Origin: Bacteroidales bacterium
GTDB taxonomy: Bacteria; Bacteroidota; Bacteroidia; Bacteroidales; Muribaculaceae
DNA length: 64,000 bases
Assembly (NCBI GenBank): GCA_030524765.1
Contig: JAUNGA010000001.1
Coordinates: forward strand, 9,544 to 73,543
Direction: 5' to 3'
The notes beneath the pieces were generated by a model that saw nothing but the letters and a program-made list of their open reading frames with translations, searched no databases and was not told where the DNA came from. The stretch's first letter is position 1, and each line of letters starts with the position of its first letter. This document shows, in pieces, positions 57,375 to 64,000 of this stretch. The translations under genes were made by a program, and so were the position numbers.

Positions 57375-58271
57375 TCACAGCCATGCATTGCGTCGCTCGC
57401 ACACTGCGACCGACTCGCCGAGCATACGCACAAACTCGAGCATCGACCGTTTGCGGTAGGTGTCGCGCAGGGTGTGCACGCAACCCTGCAGCTCGCCTGA
57501 CGGCACGTCGAGTCTGATGGCCTTGACGCCTGTGGCGTTGTGTATGGTGGCCTCGGCGAGCACGGTGACGAGATTGCTGTTGCGGATGAGCTCGAGCAGT
57601 ATGTTGACCTCGTTGAGCTCGGCACGCAGCCGCAACTGACGCGACCCGGCTATGCGGTCGAACGCATTGCGGGCCTGCAGCCCGCGGGCCGGCAGTGCGA
57701 CGTCGTATCTGGTCATGTCGTCGAGAGTGACATGGCCGAGCGATGCCAGAGGGTGCGTCGAGCTGACTATGGCCGCAAGATAGCTTTGAAACAATATATG
57801 CGACTCGACTCCGTCGACGGGCTGAGACGGCTTGAATGCCAGCACGAAGTCGACCTCGCGTCGTTGCAGCATCAGCATCAGTTCGGCCATAGGACGGTAA
57901 TATATGTCGAGCTTGATGTGCGGATAACGGTGCATGAATGTCAGCAGGGTCTCGGTGAGTATCGGGCTGAACGAGTATGTGACGCCTATGCTGAGCTGTC
58001 CGGTGGCGAGATCGTTTAGATCGGCGAGACGGGCGGCGCACTGGTCGGCGTCGGCGAGCGTGCGGCGCGCATATGGCAGCAGTTCGCGGCCGGCTTCGGT
58101 GAGGGCCACACTGTGGCTGTTGCGGTCGAGCAGAGGTGTGCCGAACTCGTCTTCGAGCTGGCGCACCTGCTGTGACAGAGTGCTCTGGGTGACAAACAGT
58201 GCCTTGGCGGCTTCAGAGAAGTTGAGCGTTTCGGCTACTTTGACAAAATATCTGAGCTGGCGTAGTTCCAT
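57375..58271 (-). CDS. LysR family regulator (CynR-like)
   Basis: MELRQLRYF..LNFSEAA..LFVTQSTLSQQVRQLE; GQLSIGV; substrate-binding domain. Start ATG 58271. Confidence 0.93.
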   Translation of the reverse strand: MELRQLRYFVKVAETLNFSEAAKALFVTQSTLSQQVRQLEDEFGTPLLDRNSHSVALTEAGRELLPYARRTLADADQCAARLADLNDLATGQLSIGVTYSFSPILTETLLTFMHRYPHIKLDIYYRPMAELMLMLQRREVDFVLAFKPSQPVDGVESHILFQSYLAAIVSSTHPLASLGHVTLDDMTRYDVALPARGLQARNAFDRIAGSRQLRLRAELNEVNILLELIRNSNLVTVLAEATIHNATGVKAIRLDVPSGELQGCVHTLRDTYRKRSMLEFVRMLGESVAVCERRNAWL

Positions 58272-58289
58272 AGGATTGTATGACAATGG

Positions 58290-58772
58290 TCAGCGGGTGG
58301 CCTGAAATGAGATTTTCTTGAAAACGAATATAGGGATAGTGGCACCTATGACCATACAGGCCAGGATGACTATGCAGGTGAGCCCGTTGTAGGCAAAGAG
58401 ATAGAAGTATCGGTCGAAGGCCTCCTGACTGTTGTGCAACAGGCATAGGACAAGACCTCCGAAACACCGGTAGGCGTAAATGCCCGGAATCATCGGCAGC
58501 AGGGCGGGGAAGAGGCATGTCTCGGCCGGTGTCGCCGCCGATGGCGAGAGAAACACAGCCATTGTGCCCACGATGAGCGACGCGAGCAAGGTGGCCGGTA
58601 TGATGTGCATCGACATGGCCTGGCCGTCCATCAGCAGGAAACGCACCGAATGTCCGACGGCTGCGATGAGCGCGCAATATATGTAGGCCCTGCGCGGCGG
58701 ACGGCTGATGGCCGCGAATCCGATGGCGGCTATCGCTGCAAACAATGCGTCCTGTAAAAAATGTATCAGCAT
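58290..58772 (-). CDS. Threonine/serine exporter family small subunit (ThrE_2/YjjB-like)
   Basis: AAIAAIGFA; PALLPMIPGIYAY; hydrophobic helices. Confidence 0.85.
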   Translation of the reverse strand: MLIHFLQDALFAAIAAIGFAAISRPPRRAYIYCALIAAVGHSVRFLLMDGQAMSMHIIPATLLASLIVGTMAVFLSPSAATPAETCLFPALLPMIPGIYAYRCFGGLVLCLLHNSQEAFDRYFYLFAYNGLTCIVILACMVIGATIPIFVFKKISFQATR

Positions 58773-58790
58773 ATATGATGATTTTATGTC

Positions 58791-59573
58791 TTAAAACATG
58801 CCGGCATGCATCATGAGCATCCCTCCGCACAGACCTATCGAGAGGCAGGCGGTGAGTACCATGGCGTCGATGAACCGGCCGAACGAGCATATGTAATGGC
58901 GATAAAGCAGATCACTGAATGAATTGAGAAACGGTATGCCGGGCACGAGATACAGCACACTCGTGCCGATGGCGACGGCAGGCGTTGAGCCCATGCCGAA
59001 GAGCATGTCGGTGGCGCCGAGCACCGATGACACGAAGGCGCATATCATGAATGTGACCCGTACGTCGACATGCCGCCCGAGCAACTGCTGTTTGAGATAG
59101 TATCCTGCCATAGTGGCCACGGCCACGACGAGCATTGCGATGCCGTCGCCGTCAAACAGCCGGCAGAACGACGCATTGGCTGCGGTGACCAGCGCAAGCA
59201 CCGCCCACGGGTTTTGCGGTATGTCCTTGACGATTGTCCTGTATCGGCCGTCTACGTCGGCCCATCCGATGCGTCGGTCGGCAATCTCCCAGCTGAGCCT
59301 GCTCAATTCGGTGTTGACGTTGAAACTTATGCATGATGTGCGTACGGTGGTGGTCGCGGTGAAGATCTCGTCGCTGTCGTCGCGCCGCACGGTCAGATGC
59401 AGATGCCTGGGCATGATGGTCATTTCGGCATGCATGCCGTAGGTGGCCGCGATGCGGTCGATATTTTTCTCGAGGCGTATGCAGGTGGCGCCGCTGCCGA
59501 GCAGTGCCGCCCCATAGTCTGCTAAAAAGAGACACATGCCGCGGGCCGTCGGACAGGCCGTGTCGTCAATCAT
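58791..59573 (-). CDS. Threonine/serine exporter family large subunit (ThrE/YjjP-like)
   Basis: LLGSGATCIRLE; SRLSWEI; SFCRLFDGD; LYLVPGIPFLNS. Start probably ATG 59573, overlapping the upstream stop. Confidence 0.85.
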   Translation of the reverse strand: MIDDTACPTARGMCLFLADYGAALLGSGATCIRLEKNIDRIAATYGMHAEMTIMPRHLHLTVRRDDSDEIFTATTTVRTSCISFNVNTELSRLSWEIADRRIGWADVDGRYRTIVKDIPQNPWAVLALVTAANASFCRLFDGDGIAMLVVAVATMAGYYLKQQLLGRHVDVRVTFMICAFVSSVLGATDMLFGMGSTPAVAIGTSVLYLVPGIPFLNSFSDLLYRHYICSFGRFIDAMVLTACLSIGLCGGMLMMHAGMF

Positions 59574-59775
59574 CGTTGAGGTCATACACATTGTCGTTGA
59601 CATTGTATGAAGGATCGCCCGGCAGGAATAGTTCCTCGCGTTCGGTGCCAAGCTCGATCAGCCGGTGATGACGGCTGCCGCGGGTGGCATGGCGGGCTGC
59701 CCTTATAAGATTATATAACATAATTGCAATGAAGAGAGCAGCGATGCAGCTCCAGGTAATTAACGGAGTATTCAT
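59566..59775 (-). CDS. 69-aa single-TM small protein heading the exporter-LysR operon
   Basis: N-terminal hydrophobic helix; stop overlaps the thrE start (ATGATTGA); AT-rich region upstream. Confidence 0.6.
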   Translation of the reverse strand: MNTPLITWSCIAALFIAIMLYNLIRAARHATRGSRHHRLIELGTEREELFLPGDPSYNVNDNVYDLNDD

Positions 59776-59957
59776 GACATTTGTTTTATTTTATGTTTGC
59801 AAAGTAAACATTTAATGCATCCGAAAATCGTCGCAGGTCTATGGATTGTCGCGATAGCGGCTATCGGGACTCTAAAAATCGCATTGGTGTCAAACCAAGC
59901 AAATGCGGGTGTGTTTTACTAATATGCAAGCAGTCATTGCAATTATAGAGTCTACTT

Positions 59958-61037
59958 ATGGAATCAAATGCTGTAAGTCATAAAGATAATGTGCGCGATC
60001 TGATAGAGAAGGTGCTGAGGGTGGTGTTGCCGCTGGCAGTGTCGGCCGGTCTGGTCATATGGATGTTTCACAAGGTCGATCTCGCCAAGGTGCGCGACAT
60101 CCTGAGCCATGGTGTCGACTACCGCTATCTGGTGGCCATGATGTTTATCACCATGCTTTCGTATATCTGCCGTGGTGTGCGCTGGGGCATACAGTTGCGT
60201 GCGGCCGGCATAGCGCGCATATCGCCGGTGGCCGAGAGCGTGTCGATATTCAGCGCCTATGCGCTCAATCTGCTTGTGCCATATCTGGGCGAATGCTGGC
60301 GATGCGTCTATATCACCCGCATCAGGCCATGCAAGCTGTCGACAGTCGTCGGCACTGATTTCGGCGACCGTATCTCTGACGCGGTTGTCGTGTTGCTGCT
60401 GCTTGGCCTCACCCTGGTCGTGGCCCATCCCGAGATAGACAGATTCCTTGACCGTTATCCGATAGGCGAGGCCATCACCCGCTATACCACCGACGGCATG
60501 CTGTGGCTGTGGATAATCCTGGGCGCCGTGGCTCTGGTCGCGGCTGACATCATGCTGCGACACACGCGGTTTGTGCAGGGCATCAACATGAGTCTGCTGC
60601 GCATCTGGCGGGGCTTTGCGGTGCTGTTCCATATGCGTGGCACGGGCATGTACATACTGCTGACGATCGGCATCTGGGGATGCTACTTTCTCAATATGTA
60701 TGTATGCTTTTTTGCCTTTCCGTTTACGCGCGAGCTGATATACGGCAGCGGCATGGCCGGCGGACTGATACCGGCGCTGGTAGCGTTTCTGTTCGGCTCG
60801 TTCAGCATCGCCATTCCGTCGAACGGCGGTCTCGGTCCGTGGAATATCGCCGTGATGTTTGCGCTGACTCTTTTCGGCATCAACCAGAGCGACGGCGCGG
60901 CCTATTCGATCATGTGCTGGAGTTTCCAGACCATAATGATAATACTGCTCGGTATTTTCAGTATGTTCTACATAATGTTCGGCAAACATAGAGCCGGTTT
61001 GAAAAAAATCGACAGATCTGTGTCACAAACTTCCTGA
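59958..61037 (+). CDS. Lysylphosphatidylglycerol synthase TM-domain (YbhN/flippase-like) membrane protein
   Basis: RGVRWGIQL; YALNLLVPYLGE..R; ERI-type DRISD; IPSNGGLGPW; about 8 TM segments. Confidence 0.85.
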   Translation: MESNAVSHKDNVRDLIEKVLRVVLPLAVSAGLVIWMFHKVDLAKVRDILSHGVDYRYLVAMMFITMLSYICRGVRWGIQLRAAGIARISPVAESVSIFSAYALNLLVPYLGECWRCVYITRIRPCKLSTVVGTDFGDRISDAVVVLLLLGLTLVVAHPEIDRFLDRYPIGEAITRYTTDGMLWLWIILGAVALVAADIMLRHTRFVQGINMSLLRIWRGFAVLFHMRGTGMYILLTIGIWGCYFLNMYVCFFAFPFTRELIYGSGMAGGLIPALVAFLFGSFSIAIPSNGGLGPWNIAVMFALTLFGINQSDGAAYSIMCWSFQTIMIILLGIFSMFYIMFGKHRAGLKKIDRSVSQTS

Positions 61038-61050
61038 GCCAACGTCATAG
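61021..61050 (+). promoter_or_regulatory. Putative ECF-dependent promoter matching the one upstream of the ECF sigma gene
   Basis: TGTCACAA-N13-ACGTCATAG, 25 nt upstream of ATG 61076. Confidence 0.6.
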
Positions 61051-61075
61051 ATACAGAATCAATACTGTATCAGAT

Positions 61076-62611
61076 ATGAAAATCATTCCTTTTTTATTTG
61101 TGATGATGCTCGGCGTGTCAGTAGCCGCACGCGATATAACCATGGATGCCGGTTCAGATATAATCGACCTCATACCGGCCGAAGAGCGTGATACTCTGAC
61201 CACGCTTGTAATCGACGGCGATGTGAGACCGCACCAGCTGTACAAGCTGCAGCAACTGCCGAAGCTGCGATATGTGAGTCTGCCGGCGGTCGATTACGTC
61301 GGCTCCCAGACGTTCAGGGGTATGGACAGTCTGCGTCAGGTCGAATTCCGCGGTCTCATCGGTCACATCGACGGTTATCAGTTTTATGACTGCCCTCAGC
61401 TGCGGCGTGTCGTCTTTGACGGGCCGATAAACACTACCGGCACGAAGATGGCGATAAATTACCGGCGACTCGAGTCGATCGACCTAAACGGTCTCGTGTT
61501 GTCGCTGGGTGCTGTCGAATATCCCGACTGTCCTGCGCTTGTGCTCGACGGTCTGCAGGACCGGGCGATATTTTCGGGAGATGAGTCGGCCGTGCGTCCC
61601 GTGACTTTGGCGGCGATAGCGGCCGACACCTCTATGATGGCTGATTTCAACAGACTTGCCGAATATCAGATGGCCGTCATACATAATGAAGATGCCGAAG
61701 AATTTCTGCGTAAGATCGCTTACTCGTCGACCGACGAGATGGCCGAATTTGCCGATTCTCTCGGTCTGACAGAGCTGTCTGAAAGACTTGCCGGGACAAT
61801 GGACGACGCTGCCGGATATGACTTCCTGAAATCAAAACTGGAATTGCTGCAGGAGTCGGCACCCTACGCCGCCGACAGTGTGGCTTTTGATTTCACATAT
61901 GTCATGGACGATGATCCGTCGCTTGATGACGCGCGCCGGTACTTCGATCTCGACAGCATAGCCGGCGACGGTGATGATATATCGCGCATGAAGCGGCTGA
62001 TGTACTGGGTGCATGATCTGGTAAGACATGACGGATCGTCATACAATCCCGACGTTCCACGCAGTCTGCGCCATCTTGCCCGGGTATGCCACGACGAGGA
62101 CCGAGGCGTCAACTGCCGCATGATGGCCATCATGCTCACCGAGGCATTGCTGGCCGAGGGCATACCGGCACGCTATCTGACCTGTCAGTCAAAAGCCTGG
62201 GATACCGACAACGACTGTCATGTGATATGCGTCGGCTGGAGCGACTCGCTGGGCAAGTGGGTGTGGCTCGACCCGACCTTCGCGGCATATGTAACCGACG
62301 AGAACGGTGTGCCGCTGCATCCGGGCGAGGTGCGCTACCGCCTGCAGAACAATCTGCCACTGGTGCTCAACGATGATGCCAACTGGAACCATCAGTCGGC
62401 TCAGACCTTCGACAATTATCTCATGAAGTATATGGCCAAGAATCTCTATGTGATCACGGCCAACAGCATCAATCAGTCAGAGCCCGAGGGAAAAGGCGAC
62501 TGCCGTCACGGACAGTTTGTGACACTCGCTCCCGTAGGATTCGACTATGAGAGCACAGGCGGTGTCTTGACTACAGACGAGCGACGTTTCTGGGCAGCTC
62601 CTGTCCGATGA
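61076..62611 (+). CDS. Secreted BspA/TpLRR-type leucine-rich repeat protein fused to a transglutaminase-like domain
   Basis: Signal peptide; LRYVSLPAVDYVGSQTFRGMDSL-type repeats; GVNCRMMA (Cys), CHVI (His), WLDPT (Asp). Confidence 0.78.
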   Translation: MKIIPFLFVMMLGVSVAARDITMDAGSDIIDLIPAEERDTLTTLVIDGDVRPHQLYKLQQLPKLRYVSLPAVDYVGSQTFRGMDSLRQVEFRGLIGHIDGYQFYDCPQLRRVVFDGPINTTGTKMAINYRRLESIDLNGLVLSLGAVEYPDCPALVLDGLQDRAIFSGDESAVRPVTLAAIAADTSMMADFNRLAEYQMAVIHNEDAEEFLRKIAYSSTDEMAEFADSLGLTELSERLAGTMDDAAGYDFLKSKLELLQESAPYAADSVAFDFTYVMDDDPSLDDARRYFDLDSIAGDGDDISRMKRLMYWVHDLVRHDGSSYNPDVPRSLRHLARVCHDEDRGVNCRMMAIMLTEALLAEGIPARYLTCQSKAWDTDNDCHVICVGWSDSLGKWVWLDPTFAAYVTDENGVPLHPGEVRYRLQNNLPLVLNDDANWNHQSAQTFDNYLMKYMAKNLYVITANSINQSEPEGKGDCRHGQFVTLAPVGFDYESTGGVLTTDERRFWAAPVR

Positions 62612-63036
62612 CGTCCGGGCCCGGCTGACTCTGCCCTCAGCTGAGCCTCATACAGCGCCTGCCCGAGCGGGCTGATACGGTCGTGCACTGCACGGCCGTT
62701 CTGCATGATGCGTGCGGCCACTGCCGACCGTTGGGGCTCGCTTTTGCCCTTGCCCTTGCTACCGCTCACGCATGTTGTCTCGTGTCCTTGAGCGGCGGTC
62801 ACGGCTTTTTCCTGCCTGCGTTGCTGCGCCTGCCGCGCCCGCTTTACGCGGGTATCGATCTTGTCGATTATCAGTTTGAGTATCAGTCGACAGCGGGGAT
62901 CGACATCATCGCCGATCTCAACGCCGTGGTAGATATAAGCAAAGAGGTGCGAGTAGACGATGCCCTGGTTTTCGGGCTCGAGGGTCGAGATGAGATCGAT
63001 GATCTCGACCGGAAGGTTGAATCTGGTAAGTTGCAT
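62545..63036 (-). CDS. Hypothetical protein, DUF6291-like N-terminus
   Basis: LISTLEPENQG.VY..LFAY..HG; ILKLIIDKID..VKRARQ. Own TATCTTTG on minus at 63069-63076. The 3' end overlaps the convergent gene. Confidence 0.55.
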   Translation of the reverse strand: MQLTRFNLPVEIIDLISTLEPENQGIVYSHLFAYIYHGVEIGDDVDPRCRLILKLIIDKIDTRVKRARQAQQRRQEKAVTAAQGHETTCVSGSKGKGKSEPQRSAVAARIMQNGRAVHDRISPLGQALYEAQLRAESAGPGRHRTGAAQKRRSSVVKTPPVLS

Positions 63037-63097
63037 TTTAATAAGTGTTTATTTTTTGTTTCGTGCGACAAAGATAGCGCTAATGCAGGCGTCGGCC

Positions 63098-63128
63098 TCA
63101 ACTTTTGGTAAGAACGACCAAAAGTTGA
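63098..63128. repeat. Perfect 12-bp inverted repeat upstream of the DUF6291-like promoter
   Basis: TCAACTTTTGGT-AAGAACG-ACCAAAAGTTGA. Confidence 0.75.
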
Positions 63129-63150
63129 TGAAAAAAGACGGCCCGTGGGC

Positions 63151-64000
63151 TCAGCCGAGGTCGTCGATGTCGTAGTAGGCCGATCGCTCGCGGTTATATG
63201 CGATGAGTCGGTCAAAGAGCGGCACGGCTGACAGCAGAGAAGCATCGCCGACGAGGATCAGGTGGTCTTGCGCACGGGTCATGGCTACGTTGAGCTTGCG
63301 GTCGATCTCTATGCCGTCTTGCTCGAAGATGTTTTCGGTCAGAAAATCGAGCTGATATGGACGGCTGACCGTAAAACCATAGATGATGTAGCGGCGCTGA
63401 CTGCCCTGAAAGCGTTCGACCGTGTCGATGGTGATGTCGTCGCAGCCCGGCACAGCGAGTTGTGTCAATTGGCTGCGTATGGCCGAGATCTGGTTGCGGT
63501 AGGGAACGATTATGCCGATTATCTCGCGCGGGTCGCACTCGGGATGCAGTCCGACGATCCGCGATACTATATCGGTGATGACCCTTGCCTCGGCAGGGTT
63601 TGATTTGTCGCGGCACAGATCGTCGGCGGTGACGTTGATAAAGACGACTCTCGACGAGCAGACAGCGTTGGTGAGCCGATCGGCATAGACCGTCTGCGGC
63701 AATGGCGCGGTCTGCTGAATCAAGGCTTCGGTGAGTCTGCCGTCATAAAACACCTTGTTGGGGAAGTCGGCTATGTCGTGGTGCATGCGTCCCTGGCGGC
63801 AAAGCATGTATCTGACCGAGTCATCGTCGGAATAATGACGCAACAGCCGCTCGAACAGCGAATTGCGGCAATCAGTGAGCCCGATCTGCTGCAGCTCGGG
63901 CTCGTTGACACGCGATTGTGCCGGGCGCTGCTGCACGACGGCGGGCAGCTGTTTGTGATCTCCGATCATAACTATCTTGCCGATGGCCGGGCGACCGTTG
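63151..64000 (-). CDS. C-terminal part of a DNA2/NAM7 (SF1B, UPF1-like) helicase; extends beyond the window
   Basis: IGDHKQLPAV; SLFERL; QGRMH; IGIIVPYRNQ; DTVERFQGSQ; RKLNVAMTRA. Frame is open to the window edge. Confidence 0.9.
   Translation of the reverse strand, partial: NGRPAIGKIVMIGDHKQLPAVVQQRPAQSRVNEPELQQIGLTDCRNSLFERLLRHYSDDDSVRYMLCRQGRMHHDIADFPNKVFYDGRLTEALIQQTAPLPQTVYADRLTNAVCSSRVVFINVTADDLCRDKSNPAEARVITDIVSRIVGLHPECDPREIIGIIVPYRNQISAIRSQLTQLAVPGCDDITIDTVERFQGSQRRYIIYGFTVSRPYQLDFLTENIFEQDGIEIDRKLNVAMTRAQDHLILVGDASLLSAVPLFDRLIAYNRERSAYYDIDDLG

Overview
A gene-dense, GC-rich chromosomal window from a gut Bacteroidales bacterium, probably Muribaculaceae-like. The taxon is inferred from TAnnTTTG -7 promoters, a short 286-aa primary sigma factor and gene neighbourhoods. 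It holds about 60 CDS, mostly core genes (rplS, pta-ackA, rpoD, tdk, guaB, serC-serA, gmk-nadD, pyrB-pyrI-glyA-ispD-recG, uvrB, dprA). I saw no tRNA, rRNA, CRISPR array, integrase or transposase. Most interesting: (1) an ECF sigma / anti-sigma / DUF4252 operon whose putative autoregulatory promoter (TGTCACAA-N13/14-ACGTCATAG) recurs 35 kb away in front of a secreted LRR-transglutaminase gene, suggesting a regulon; (2) a SusCD-less uronic-acid module with a secreted GH2 beta-glucuronidase and a PL38-like lyase-GH88 fusion; (3) an intrinsic lipoprotein class A (CfxA/CepA-like) beta-lactamase with RTG in place of KTG; (4) a structured 5' leader before rplS; (5) several fusions, small proteins and operator-like repeats. 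All product calls come from reading motifs and recalling families; no database search was run.
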